A stretch of DNA of 64,000 nucleotides from IMG/VR virus record IMGVR_UViG_3300010885_037407, positions 1-64,000 of that record, one strand, 5' to 3'. The notes below the pieces were generated by a model that made no database searches, had not been told where the DNA came from, and saw only the letters and a list, made by a program, of their open reading frames with translations. Source of the stretch: a virus. How positions within the stretch are numbered: the first letter of the stretch is position 1; the number at the start of each line of letters is the position of its first letter. This document shows, one piece after another, positions 18,549 through 28,759 of this stretch. The position numbers were made by a program, and so were the translations under genes.

Positions 18549-19550
18549 TTATTTTTTCCAAAAGCTATAAATTCCTTTTTCTAATTCATATGAAGGCCAT
18601 ACAAAACGTTCTCTTTTAGGTTGAGTTTGTACCCACTTCCACATTTCAGTTAATCCGTCTTTTAAATTTGTTTTATGCTCAAATCCTAAAATATCAACTG
18701 ACTTTTGCCAAGTCGGAATTGAATGTTTAACTTCATGACGACTTTCTAAATGAAGTACTTCACCAGCACCTATAACTTCATGAAGAATAGTTGCAGCTTC
18801 ATTAATTGAATGCTCTTCAACACCGCCGACATTGATAATTTGTTTAGATGCTTCGGGTAGTATAGCTGCATTCCATAAAGGTTCTAAACTATCATCAATA
18901 TAACTAAATGCTCTTGTCTGCTCGCCATTACCAAAGATAGTCATAGGCTCCCCATTCATATGTTGAAACATCCAAATGCCTAATACATTGCGATACTTGT
19001 CCCAAATATTTTGTTTAATACCATAAACATTATGAGGGCGTATAATACACCAATCCAATCCATGCTGTTCTCCGGCAATTTGAATATCCATTTCACATCC
19101 ATACTTTGCTACTCCATATGGATCAATAGGTTTTGGAGTTTGTGTTTCATTAAAATATCCTCCTTCTCCATGTCCATATACAGCAAGAGTTGACGTAAAT
19201 ACTAATCGTTTAACATCATGTTTAATACATTCATTAACGACATTAGCAGTTGCGACTAAATTGTTTTGATAATTATATCTTCTGATAAATGGAGACAATC
19301 CTTCAGCTGCATACGCTGCTAAATGAAATACATGCTCAGGTTTATACTTTTCAAATATATAAGATAATTTTGTTGGTTCTAATGTTAAGTCCATACAAAT
19401 AAATGTAACGGCCTTATTAACATTTTCGGTATATCCGCCAGATAAATTATCAATTCCAATTACATTGTATTCTGGATGATTTTCAATAATGTAATCAGCT
19501 AATCTAGATCCTAATAGTCCCGCTACTCCTGTTATTAATACTGTGTTCAT
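18549..19550 (-). CDS. NAD-dependent epimerase (UDP-glucose 4-epimerase-like)
   Basis: ITGVAGLLG, YGVAK, RPHNVYG. Confidence 0.9.
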   Translation of the reverse strand: MNTVLITGVAGLLGSRLADYIIENHPEYNVIGIDNLSGGYTENVNKAVTFICMDLTLEPTKLSYIFEKYKPEHVFHLAAYAAEGLSPFIRRYNYQNNLVATANVVNECIKHDVKRLVFTSTLAVYGHGEGGYFNETQTPKPIDPYGVAKYGCEMDIQIAGEQHGLDWCIIRPHNVYGIKQNIWDKYRNVLGIWMFQHMNGEPMTIFGNGEQTRAFSYIDDSLEPLWNAAILPEASKQIINVGGVEEHSINEAATILHEVIGAGEVLHLESRHEVKHSIPTWQKSVDILGFEHKTNLKDGLTEMWKWVQTQPKRERFVWPSYELEKGIYSFWKK

Positions 19551-19558
19551 AAATTTGT

Positions 19559-20254
19559 TTAATTTTTGTCTTTATAATTTAATAAAACATTAGAAGCTAT
19601 AGGAGCTCCTAAATCTCCTTCAATATCAAATAAACAAATTGCATTTGATTGATTAAAAATAGATCCTGGGAACCCTTCTGCCCCATATCTGTTCATACCA
19701 AATTCTTTTTGGTATTCGTTAATTTCATTAATTTTATTTCGTAAAGATTCATTTTTAAGCCAATACATAGTACCTGAATAATGCCACTTTGATGATGGTA
19801 TTACACTTAAATTGCTTGTTCTTATAAATGGACCGCAGCTATCGTAAGATTTCATTATATTGTCTACTAATTCAATATTATCTAAATTAGATTCATATAA
19901 GTATTTAGTCCATAAAGTATGAATTTCTGAGTATGCTAGTGTTAATCTTTTATCACTATTACTTTTTGAATGCCCGAAAAAAGTAATACCTGGCTCATTA
20001 ATTATTTCAGGTAATAAAACTTGAAATAATGATTTAGTTTCTCTAGCGTCTTGATCATTTTCAATAGTAAAGATTTCAAAGTCACTGAATTTATCTTGTA
20101 TTTCATTTAACTTGTAAACTGTGTCTATGTTGTTTAACGAAAAACAAATTATTCTCCTTCCATTAAATAAATCTTTATACTTTATTAAAGTTTGATAATG
20201 AAAATCAAATTTAGTCTTTTCTGGATAGAAGTGATATATTAAATTATGCTGCAT
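19559..20254 (-). CDS. Putative glycosyltransferase-like protein
   Basis: FGHSK, WHYSGTMYW, RY.AE.F; glycan-locus context. Confidence 0.5.
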   Translation of the reverse strand: MQHNLIYHFYPEKTKFDFHYQTLIKYKDLFNGRRIICFSLNNIDTVYKLNEIQDKFSDFEIFTIENDQDARETKSLFQVLLPEIINEPGITFFGHSKSNSDKRLTLAYSEIHTLWTKYLYESNLDNIELVDNIMKSYDSCGPFIRTSNLSVIPSSKWHYSGTMYWLKNESLRNKINEINEYQKEFGMNRYGAEGFPGSIFNQSNAICLFDIEGDLGAPIASNVLLNYKDKN

Positions 20255-20876
20255 TATTAGTATTTTTTAATACAGTTAATCCAGGATTGTCTTTATAAAT
20301 TTCTTTAATCACCCAATTTGGGTTAGCAGCTATAAATTCTTCAATAGCTTTATTTTGCTCTGGAAATAATACAGTGTCATGAATTGCAATATACTTATTA
20401 ATTTTTGTTCCATGCAATGTTAATTCTTTTGATAAACAATTATAAGTATGAGTTGTATCTATAAACATCATATCAGCTGGCTCTATTTCAATTTTTGTAG
20501 TATCTTGTTCTAACACTACAAATTCAATATTTTCATATGCAGCTAATTTTATAGCTTTATCTAACCATGGATTGCATAACCACGGCGTTGTACTAGCTAA
20601 ATGCTTTCTATGATTTGTCTTTAATTCAAAATCTATACATGTTATTTTTTTCGGCCGCGTTATCATAAACGCCCATGTAGAGTTTACTTCATTCACTCCT
20701 AATTCTGTAATAGAATCACATTCAGAAGCTAAATCTTTTAAAACATGCATGTAATGTCCTATCCAATGAATAGAATTTTTTCCTTTTTGATCTTTAGGAG
20801 ACGAACTTACGAAGTCATACATTTCTTCTATAGTATCAAAAACTCCTAAATCTTTTTTTTCCTTTTCAGTTATCAT
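20244..20876 (-). CDS. Methyltransferase (Methyltransf_24-like)
   Basis: ITELGV, FIDTTHTY, IAIHDT, N.GLTVL. Confidence 0.75.
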   Translation of the reverse strand: MITEKEKKDLGVFDTIEEMYDFVSSSPKDQKGKNSIHWIGHYMHVLKDLASECDSITELGVNEVNSTWAFMITRPKKITCIDFELKTNHRKHLASTTPWLCNPWLDKAIKLAAYENIEFVVLEQDTTKIEIEPADMMFIDTTHTYNCLSKELTLHGTKINKYIAIHDTVLFPEQNKAIEEFIAANPNWVIKEIYKDNPGLTVLKNTNNAA

Positions 20877-21294
20877 ATTTATCTTTCATAAGTTTATCTA
20901 ATTTATTTTTATTTCTAGCACGTCCTTCATTTGCTTTGCGAAGTCGCTTTTCATTAATAATCATTCTTTCTAAATTAGGTTCTTCTTTTAAAGTTTCTTC
21001 TAATCTAGCTCTGTCAGCCTCTCCAATATTAATATCGTTTTGAATAAGCTCTTCTAATTCTTCTACAATAGCAGACTCATTAAATGTTCTATATTCTTCT
21101 ATGTAAATATAAGAGTTTCTTTCTATAGTTTCTAGTAAAAGCTCAGATATTTTTTGTTTAATTTCTTTAATAACAATATGTTGATGATCAACTTTATCTG
21201 TTAAATTATCTTTATTAAAAAAATACAATTTAATATTTTCAGTAATAAGCCTATCTAAATAAGCACTTAATGTATCAATATTAGTTACTCTCAT
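20866..21294 (-). CDS. Helical protein resembling DUF4254
   Basis: DTLSAYLDRLITENIKL and KANEGRARNKNKLD motifs. Confidence 0.45.
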   Translation of the reverse strand: MRVTNIDTLSAYLDRLITENIKLYFFNKDNLTDKVDHQHIVIKEIKQKISELLLETIERNSYIYIEEYRTFNESAIVEELEELIQNDINIGEADRARLEETLKEEPNLERMIINEKRLRKANEGRARNKNKLDKLMKDKYDN

Positions 21295-22012
21295 TATTGA
21301 AATGTTTATTAATTATTATTTGAAATTCAGGATCTAATAAATGAGCAAGATCCTTTTGTTTTATTTTTTGATATATACCAACTTCGTCTGGTTTAAATGA
21401 TAATACTATTGCTGGTTTAATAGCATTAGCGTATCTTAATTCTGAATATGTCATTCCTACATTCCATCTAGAGTTTATAGAAACGAATTGTTCTTTATAT
21501 GGAGAATAGTTTCTTAAAAATCCAATAATAACCTCATCACTGCTTACATCAATATCTTTATTAATTTCCAATGCTTCTACAATATGACTTAAAATATCAA
21601 CACATCCTTTATTAAAATATATACTACCACAATTCCATTCTGAAGTCGCACCATACTCTACTCCTGCAACATATCCATTAAACTCAGGAAATTCCATTGG
21701 AGCAATTTGCCATGAATCATGATCATGTAACCAAAATTCTTCTTTTATAATTCCTTTTTGTACAAGCTCCAATGCACCATACCAAAAATTATGAAATCCG
21801 CTCCATTCACAAATATTTGTCAATGTGTGGCTTTTAATTCCATTATATTCAAAGTCAAAGTTAGTACCTAATATAATATCATCACTATCCCATCCTAATC
21901 TTATACTATTATCAATTTGACATTTTAAGTAGTTACTTACTCCATTATTGTCCCACCTTTCAGCGCCATGATATTTTGTATTTAATTGATTATATACGAT
22001 TACATTTTTCAT
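21281..22012 (-). CDS. GT-A-like nucleotide-diphospho-sugar transferase
   Basis: WLHDHD, WNCGSIYF, DE, WNVG. Confidence 0.6.
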   Translation of the reverse strand: MKNVIVYNQLNTKYHGAERWDNNGVSNYLKCQIDNSIRLGWDSDDIILGTNFDFEYNGIKSHTLTNICEWSGFHNFWYGALELVQKGIIKEEFWLHDHDSWQIAPMEFPEFNGYVAGVEYGATSEWNCGSIYFNKGCVDILSHIVEALEINKDIDVSSDEVIIGFLRNYSPYKEQFVSINSRWNVGMTYSELRYANAIKPAIVLSFKPDEVGIYQKIKQKDLAHLLDPEFQIIINKHFNNESN

Positions 22013-22632
22013 AATGTATCATAATAATTATTTTGTTTCTCTTGCCTATCGATTGTCTTTGGATGATATAAACAGAATTCTTCTTCTGTAGGAAGGAATG
22101 TAACTGATTGGAATCCTTCTAATACTTCATGCACTTTATTCTTCCATTTTATATCAGAAGTGTTTTTATAAATTCTCCATTGATAGTCTGGAAAGTTTAC
22201 CCATCCTTTATCATCTACATTCCATCTCCACTTTTGGATATACTCTTGTGTTAAACCTTCTACCGTATTAATTCTAGGCACACGAAATACATCTATATCT
22301 TGATTGATTTCCAGAATATAAGGAAGTCCGTTTATAAGCTCTTCGTTGGGAAGTTCATCTGCATCTATTTGGAAGATATAATTTCCTGAACATACTTTTG
22401 TTAGTTTGTTCTTCCAATCAGCAAAGTGCCCTTCAAATTCAGATTCGATTAATAGTATCTGATTTATTGAAGCACATGCTCTTAAAAGTTCTTGTAAAGT
22501 CTGAGACATTTTAGGACTATCTGCTAGTACTACTATCTCGTCTTGTTCTCGTTTGTGAATGAGAAGGAAGTTGATTAGCATTGCTACCTCCTTCTCTTCA
22601 TTGCAAACTGTTATTGCATAACTAATTTTCAC
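22009..22632 (-). CDS. GT2 glycosyltransferase
   Basis: ISYAITVCNE, FQIDADE, PDYQ.R, VHE. Confidence 0.88.
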   Translation of the reverse strand: MKISYAITVCNEEKEVAMLINFLLIHKREQDEIVVLADSPKMSQTLQELLRACASINQILLIESEFEGHFADWKNKLTKVCSGNYIFQIDADELPNEELINGLPYILEINQDIDVFRVPRINTVEGLTQEYIQKWRWNVDDKGWVNFPDYQWRIYKNTSDIKWKNKVHEVLEGFQSVTFLPTEEEFCLYHPKTIDRQEKQNNYYDTL

Positions 22633-24011
22633 TATTCTATTTTTTTAAGTTTAGGTAAAGTGATTTTAGGTGCTTCATTTGACTCTAACTTTTTAAGTTT
22701 AGGCAAAGTAATTTGTGGTGTGTTGGTACCATTTACTTTTTGTAACTGTGGTAATTTCAAAGCAACTTGTTTCGGAAAGTCAGGAAGTCTATTAGTTAGT
22801 ATACTATCTAATTTGTCTTTCATAGCATCAAACGAAAAATTTGTTTTAATATGATGATACGTTTTTCTAGACTTTTCTAAATATAATTTATAGTTTTTAA
22901 ATACATCTTTAAAATACGCTCCGGCAGCTGCATAATCAATAGTAAACCATTGTGATTCTTGAAGAATAACTCCTTTCCATGCAGCAGAATGATGTACATT
23001 TGTCATTTGACCAGGTACTAATACAGATGATTCTGAATTTAAAAAATCTAAATGCCCTGAGTAGTTAGTAGTGATAATAGGTTTTCCTGTTATAGCAGCT
23101 TCCATCAATGGTCTTCCAAATCCTTCTCCTTTTGTGAAAGATACATGTGCTTTTACTTTAGTATGATTATATAAATCATTTAATTCTATTTCTGTAAAGT
23201 CGCCATATGCTAAATATACATTAGGTAAATTTTTACTATCTATTGTAGATTTAATAAAATCAATTTTATTTAAAATATCATTAGCATCAACTTCTGATAT
23301 AGACCCTCCCGTTGTTTTAAGAACTAATGCCGGAGCATTTGTTTTATTTTTAAATGATTCAAAAAACGTTTTAATCATTCCGCCTACATTTTTTCTATCT
23401 TCTCCTAATGAACCAGGCAACCAATGACCTACAAATAAGAAACAAAAATCTTCTTTTATTTCATTAAATAATAGTTCAACATTTTTTGATGACGTATAAG
23501 CTTTTTGAAATTTATCTAATCTAATTCCTTCAAACAATACTTCAATTGGCTTTTCTAATCGAAGGGTGCCTACTAACTGCTGTGTATTTTGATCTTTTTT
23601 ATCATATGTAGTCTCTATAAATACTTTTTTAGCATGCTCTGATGATACTAAATTTAAGTCCATTCTATTACATCCCTCAATCCAAGATGCGTCACATGCA
23701 TTAGTTTCAATACCAGCCGTAACTCCTATATTGAATTTTCCTACTCTTTGAAATTCATTAGGAACTGTAACTTGCATAAAAATTTCAGGTTGCGCAGTAA
23801 GTTGCTGTGTTAATATTCTAGATATAATATCTGTATCATTATTAGTTAATGCGTTCATAGGAGTTGCGCCCCATCGCGTACTAACAATCTTAACATCATA
23901 TTTGTCTAAAGCAATAATTGCTCTTACTAAATCTCGACTACGTTCGCCATATCCTGATCTAGTTCCTACAGGCGCTTGAAATAATAATACTGGTTTTGTT
24001 TCGTTGCTCAT
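22632..24011 (-). CDS. GT4 (GT-B) glycosyltransferase with repeated LPKLKK tail
   Basis: SGYG, DRKN, GEGFGRPLMEAA. Confidence 0.88.
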   Translation of the reverse strand: MSNETKPVLLFQAPVGTRSGYGERSRDLVRAIIALDKYDVKIVSTRWGATPMNALTNNDTDIISRILTQQLTAQPEIFMQVTVPNEFQRVGKFNIGVTAGIETNACDASWIEGCNRMDLNLVSSEHAKKVFIETTYDKKDQNTQQLVGTLRLEKPIEVLFEGIRLDKFQKAYTSSKNVELLFNEIKEDFCFLFVGHWLPGSLGEDRKNVGGMIKTFFESFKNKTNAPALVLKTTGGSISEVDANDILNKIDFIKSTIDSKNLPNVYLAYGDFTEIELNDLYNHTKVKAHVSFTKGEGFGRPLMEAAITGKPIITTNYSGHLDFLNSESSVLVPGQMTNVHHSAAWKGVILQESQWFTIDYAAAGAYFKDVFKNYKLYLEKSRKTYHHIKTNFSFDAMKDKLDSILTNRLPDFPKQVALKLPQLQKVNGTNTPQITLPKLKKLESNEAPKITLPKLKKIE

Positions 24012-24014
24012 AAC

Positions 24015-25394
24015 TTATGCTTTAATTAATTTTATTGTAGCTTTTGGTTTCCAATTTTCTAACAATGTATTGATATCTTTAATGACATTGCTACCCATTG
24101 ATTCAGCTGACAATCCATGCTCTGCTTTCATGAAATGATCTCTGCCTATATGACCAAATTCATTTCTTAAATGAGGATGGGTCATATACCAATCATATAA
24201 TTTATTTCCTGCGTCTTTGTAATCTGCAATATCATCAAATATATATGGAGTAGCTGGTGAGCCTTGTAAAGTTCTTACAGCTGGGAAGGTTGGTTTAGCC
24301 CAAACTCCACAATCTTTATAAGTACCTTCTGCATTGGTAGGGAAATCAATATTATAATCATCTGCCATTAAATATGAACCGTCTTCTTTCTTGAAGCCAC
24401 ATTGGTCTTGCATACCTCCTGTTACATTAACTACAATTGGAGTTCCAGCCATTACTGATTCTGCCGTTCCTAAACCAAATCCTTCATTTGAAGCTAAATT
24501 GGCAGTTACGTCTGCAATATTATAAAGGAAATTTAATTGTTTAGTATCTATAATTCTTGAAGGTGTGAATTGTACTCTATAAGGGCATAATTCTTTTATT
24601 ACTGCAATTAAATCTGTACCATTTTCGTCTACTTGTTCTGTATGTAATAGTAAAACACATTTACTTGATTTTTCTTTAGGTAATTTATCGCAGAATTCTT
24701 TATACGCTAATATTAAATCTGATGTATGTTTACGTCTAATGTTTCTAGAATTGTGAAATACTACAAATTCAGTATCTTTAGCTACTATAGTATCTTTATA
24801 TTCTAAATATTCTTTCCATTGTTCATGAGATTCATATATTGGAAAGAATTGTTTATCATTTATACCATGAGGTACATAAGTAATTTGCCAATCTTTATAA
24901 TCTTCTCCTTTAAGTACTTGTTTAACAATATTATGTGTTTGTTTGGAAATACACATTAACAAGTCACATGATTTATAAAATGGTTTGTTCCACATTGGAT
25001 ATGGAGTATCATCCCAAATTGTATAATATGCAATTGGTATGAACTGTCTTAATTCATGTTCCATTGCATACAACCAACCCCAAAATCTAGGATCTGTAAA
25101 GTGTAATATTACGTCTGGTCTTTCCATTTGGATCAACTCCCTTAAAATTTCTTGGTCACCGTAACCGCTATTGCAAAATATTTTGACGCTAGCATCTGCT
25201 ACGCCTGTAAGTTGTGCTACATCTTGAGACAAGTCAAACATCTTGCCTTGGTCAGGATGATTTAGCGCGGCTCCTAATTGAACCCAATCAAATTCTTTTA
25301 TTGAATTTAGTACGATTTCTCTCGACATTGTCGCAATGCCAGAATGCATTCTCAAATCGTCAGATAACAGAAGTATCTTTTTCTTTTTTGTCAT
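24015..25394 (-). CDS. GT4 (GT-B) glycosyltransferase
   Basis: SGIA, PHGI, RNIRRK, NEGFGLGTAES. Confidence 0.9.
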   Translation of the reverse strand: MTKKKKILLLSDDLRMHSGIATMSREIVLNSIKEFDWVQLGAALNHPDQGKMFDLSQDVAQLTGVADASVKIFCNSGYGDQEILRELIQMERPDVILHFTDPRFWGWLYAMEHELRQFIPIAYYTIWDDTPYPMWNKPFYKSCDLLMCISKQTHNIVKQVLKGEDYKDWQITYVPHGINDKQFFPIYESHEQWKEYLEYKDTIVAKDTEFVVFHNSRNIRRKHTSDLILAYKEFCDKLPKEKSSKCVLLLHTEQVDENGTDLIAVIKELCPYRVQFTPSRIIDTKQLNFLYNIADVTANLASNEGFGLGTAESVMAGTPIVVNVTGGMQDQCGFKKEDGSYLMADDYNIDFPTNAEGTYKDCGVWAKPTFPAVRTLQGSPATPYIFDDIADYKDAGNKLYDWYMTHPHLRNEFGHIGRDHFMKAEHGLSAESMGSNVIKDINTLLENWKPKATIKLIKA

Positions 25395-25455
25395 AACCTT
25401 AATTTAACCTTTATTAATTTAATATAAATATGTAATTCTTTAATAAACACGCATT

Positions 25456-25599
25456 TTATTTAACACAATGTTTACAATATTTTACAATAACAGAATAAAG
25501 CTTTTTTGAAGCTTGTTGTTTACAATAAGTGTGTCCACAATCTAAACATGTAAATGTTTTTTTAGTTGAAACTAATTTTGTAAGAGGTGATTTAGTCAT
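25456..25599 (-). CDS. Small Zn-ribbon protein (47 aa)
   Basis: Read manually: MTKSPLTKLVSTKKTFTCLDCGHTYCKQQASKKLYSVIVKYCKHCVK. Confidence 0.6.
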   Translation of the reverse strand: MTKSPLTKLVSTKKTFTCLDCGHTYCKQQASKKLYSVIVKYCKHCVK

Positions 25600-25600
25600 A

Positions 25601-26062
25601 TTATGATTTTTCATTTACAATTACTACTGGTTTATTATGTTTTTGTGCCATTGTCACTGCGTGGTATGCACCATTTGATTTAACATTGCCGTCTATGAAA
25701 GCAATCATCTTATCACAATATTTTGCAATTAATGTATTCCTATGAAAGAATTGTGAAGTATGATATGCTTTGGAATAATATCCGTCTGGCATAGCAGAGT
25801 ATAAATTCTTTACTGTATGTGCTGGATTGAATTCAATATACTTAACTCCTAATTCAATAGAATATTTTTTAGCATATTTGTCAGCTCCTGCTCCACAACC
25901 TCCTGATATTATTTCTAATTTATCTCCAAACGTTTGTTTGAGTTTGTAAATCATATCTCGTATCTTTCTTTTATTTTCATATTCACGTGATCCTATAATT
26001 GCAATTTTCATTTTATCAGGATCTGTTTCTATGGCATTCATAATATGATATTTGTTTAACAT
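25601..26062 (-). CDS. SLOG superfamily (DprA/YspA-like) protein
   Basis: IAIIGSR, ISGG..GAD, RN..IA, S.G...T. Confidence 0.8.
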   Translation of the reverse strand: MLNKYHIMNAIETDPDKMKIAIIGSREYENKRKIRDMIYKLKQTFGDKLEIISGGCGAGADKYAKKYSIELGVKYIEFNPAHTVKNLYSAMPDGYYSKAYHTSQFFHRNTLIAKYCDKMIAFIDGNVKSNGAYHAVTMAQKHNKPVVIVNEKS

Positions 26063-27009
26063 GTAATTCTGTTTTGTTTAGGGCAACGTTCTTCATCCAT
26101 TGCAAATTCACAATACCTACAATTCTTCAAACCTTTTTCTCCTACTGCAGGAAATATACCATCTACCTTATAAGACCCATCTAAATTAAATCCAGCATCA
26201 ATAAATGTTTCAATGTCTTTCATTAATTTATTTCTAGTAGGCTTACCTGATGCAGGTACAAACTCTTGAACTCTCTTTTGTGGATACATAAAGCCTTCAA
26301 TAAGTTTTCTTTTAACAATGAAATATTTGATATCAATCTTTTCTTCATCATAGCCATATTGTTTTGCAAAATAAGACTTATACAATACCAATTGAGATGC
26401 TTTGGTTTTATCTGCTTTGGCATATTGATTCCATCCTTTGGTAGATGTCTTGATATCAATAATTATTATTCTATCTGTTTCAATATCTCGAAGTACAATA
26501 TCAAGAAACCCATTCATTATAACTTTTGGGTTTTTATCAGACGCTTGAATATATAATGGAGTTTCAATACCTATTAATTCAAATCCTTTATTAGTAAAAT
26601 ATGCACCTCGATTTCTTTTCAGCCAATCTAAGATTGCAACTCCATCTTCATAAAATTCATTTAATTCTATAGGATTTGAAAAGTGAACACCTTCCATATC
26701 TGATACAGCCATCATATAATTTTGTACAATTTGCTCTTGTAAGCATTCTGACAAATTTAATTTATCCGCTTCTTTAATAGACTTTGTAAACATTATATGA
26801 ATATAATATTGTAAAGTCTCGTGAAATGCAGTTCCGAATACTGTATGAATGGAAGGCCCTCCTGTTCTAATTCTATCTATGTAATTGAGTTTCCATTTTC
26901 TAGGGCACGTGCTCCATGAAGCATATTGACTATAAGAAATTGTTTTCTCACCTTCTTTCTTTTCTGGCGTGGTTGCTCTAAACAACTCACCTAACGGACT
27001 CATTCCCAT
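26056..27009 (-). CDS. PD-(D/E)XK exonuclease (RecB/Cas4-like)
   Basis: ISYSQ...CP, GTAFHE, GFLD, IIDIKT, QL.LY, C..C......C. Confidence 0.85.
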   Translation of the reverse strand: MGMSPLGELFRATTPEKKEGEKTISYSQYASWSTCPRKWKLNYIDRIRTGGPSIHTVFGTAFHETLQYYIHIMFTKSIKEADKLNLSECLQEQIVQNYMMAVSDMEGVHFSNPIELNEFYEDGVAILDWLKRNRGAYFTNKGFELIGIETPLYIQASDKNPKVIMNGFLDIVLRDIETDRIIIIDIKTSTKGWNQYAKADKTKASQLVLYKSYFAKQYGYDEEKIDIKYFIVKRKLIEGFMYPQKRVQEFVPASGKPTRNKLMKDIETFIDAGFNLDGSYKVDGIFPAVGEKGLKNCRYCEFAMDEERCPKQNRITC

Positions 27010-27035
27010 AGATATTTTTTATTTATTATATTAGT

Positions 27036-27067
27036 TAAAGATAAGAAATTCTATTGTAGAAACCAAA
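27036..27067 (-). promoter_or_regulatory. Bacteroidota-type -33/-7 promoter
   Basis: TTTG-N20-TATCTTTA. Confidence 0.7.
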
Positions 27068-27706
27068 TTATTGACTAGCAAATACTAATAATCTTTCCGC
27101 TTCAAGTACTTCATATACTTTGTTTCTTAACTCATCTATATCTCCATCATTGGAAATAACATAGTCCCAATCAGTTACATTATTCAATGCGGTCTCTGAA
27201 GCATGTTGAGCTTGTTTTGCATCTGATTTACTTCCTGGTCTATGCACTTTAATAGATATTCCATTTCGAAATTTCACAGCGTCTAATTCATTTGGAAATC
27301 TAGTGTCTGTGATTATCCAATTTGGATAAGTATTTTCATCAAAAGATGTATCAACAAGACTAATCTGTTTTTCTTTTTTGTGGTATCCTTTATATTCTGA
27401 CATCAAAGCATTTACCCAGACATTCTCATGTAATCCATTTCGCATTGCTTCTGTGCCTAATAATTGAAGAAGATCTCGCACTGTCATTGGCTCTCCATCT
27501 TTGTCCCACATTGCTGGAAGATTAGTATATTTGAATTCTTGATCTTCAAATTTTTCTTTAGGAATTCCTGAAATAAGTTCTCCTATTGTTTTAAGTTTTC
27601 CTGCCCACTTTTGTATTTCCCATTTGTGATATGGAGTAATTTCTTGTATGATTTGAGCAATGGTATCTTTACCACTTCCTATTGGACCACTTACACTAAT
27701 TATCAT
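27068..27706 (-). CDS. Deoxynucleoside monophosphate kinase (T4 gp1-like)
   Basis: GPIGSGKDT, R.LLQ.LGTE..R, ITDTRFPNE, HASE. Confidence 0.9.
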   Translation of the reverse strand: MIISVSGPIGSGKDTIAQIIQEITPYHKWEIQKWAGKLKTIGELISGIPKEKFEDQEFKYTNLPAMWDKDGEPMTVRDLLQLLGTEAMRNGLHENVWVNALMSEYKGYHKKEKQISLVDTSFDENTYPNWIITDTRFPNELDAVKFRNGISIKVHRPGSKSDAKQAQHASETALNNVTDWDYVISNDGDIDELRNKVYEVLEAERLLVFASQ

Positions 27707-27708
27707 AT

Positions 27709-28185
27709 CTATTTAGGTTTTTCTGATTTCATCAATGCGGTTACTTCTTTATCAGTCTTGCCGTATTTTTTAATAATTGATTTTAATTCTTCAGCATTGG
27801 TATCTAAATAGATATCAATATACTCCTTTGCTTCCTTTTCACTGACTAAGAAGTGCTGTGACAGTAATTCAACCAGGTTTTGATTGTATTTGTCAGACTT
27901 TGTTCCTTTGATATATTTGTTGAATTGCTTTTGTTTTGGTAATATATCAAAATACAGTTTATATGTTTCTGCAGGAGATACTTGTCCTATTGTATATCGT
28001 TGAAGTTCATTGACAATGTCAATGAAATCCATATTCATTGATAGCCATCTATTTACAATAAAAGGAGTAAATGATTTTTTATCAACTTCGTTAAGGTTAC
28101 CCCAAGGCTTCTTTTTATCTGTCAAACCAGACATATGGTCAAAGATAGAGGCTGCCCCAGTTGCAACTGCTTTTGGTTTAGACAT
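27709..28185 (-). CDS. Clamp loader small subunit (T4 gp62-like)
   Basis: F.PFIVNRWLSM, LPK.K.F.KY, S.KEA.EY; next to clamp loader genes. Confidence 0.75.
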   Translation of the reverse strand: MSKPKAVATGAASIFDHMSGLTDKKKPWGNLNEVDKKSFTPFIVNRWLSMNMDFIDIVNELQRYTIGQVSPAETYKLYFDILPKQKQFNKYIKGTKSDKYNQNLVELLSQHFLVSEKEAKEYIDIYLDTNAEELKSIIKKYGKTDKEVTALMKSEKPK

Positions 28186-28759
28186 CTTGTTTATTTATTC
28201 GTTTTAATCTTGAGTCTCTCATTTTTTGTTTTGATTCTTCAGAATGGGATTTTCCGTACATTCCATTATTAGTGGCTTTACTAGAACCTTTTTCTTTTCT
28301 AGACAATGACATTTTTTCTTTTGATTCATTTGAATGTGGTTTGCCTAACCTAGGTTGCTTACCACTATTTTTTCCTTTATTACTTTCACTTATTTTCTGT
28401 CTAGTAACTTCGTCATGAGATTTTCCTAATCTTCCAATATTCTTTTTCTTATACTCTTCTAATTCAGCTTTAGTAAAGCCTAATCTAGTATTGCCGCCAG
28501 TACCACCTTTGGCGATATTATATCCTATCCTAATCGCATCTAATTTATTAATCCAATAAATTTCTCGCTCATTTAATAGTAACTTAGTATCACACTCTTC
28601 AAGAACTTCTTTTATAAAATTCTCCTTACCATATTTTTTGATTGCATGCCCTAATGCTTTACCTGATCCTATATAGTTAGAATTATTATGCGAGTCTTGG
28701 CCTACGTAAAATTTACCGTTAATTAGATTTGTCGTTTTGTACACTATTCCTTTTTTCAT
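28178..28759 (-). CDS. Free-standing GIY-YIG homing endonuclease with NUMOD3 repeats
   Basis: IVYKTTNLINGKFYVGQ, E..WI, GYN..KGG, repeated GK.HS.ESK.KM. Confidence 0.9.
   Translation of the reverse strand: MKKGIVYKTTNLINGKFYVGQDSHNNSNYIGSGKALGHAIKKYGKENFIKEVLEECDTKLLLNEREIYWINKLDAIRIGYNIAKGGTGGNTRLGFTKAELEEYKKKNIGRLGKSHDEVTRQKISESNKGKNSGKQPRLGKPHSNESKEKMSLSRKEKGSSKATNNGMYGKSHSEESKQKMRDSRLKRINKQDV

Noticed and set aside
26056-27009. Cas4-like nuclease suggesting a CRISPR system
   Set aside because: No repeat-spacer array or other cas genes seen; stand-alone RecB/Cas4-like exonucleases are common in phage replication modules
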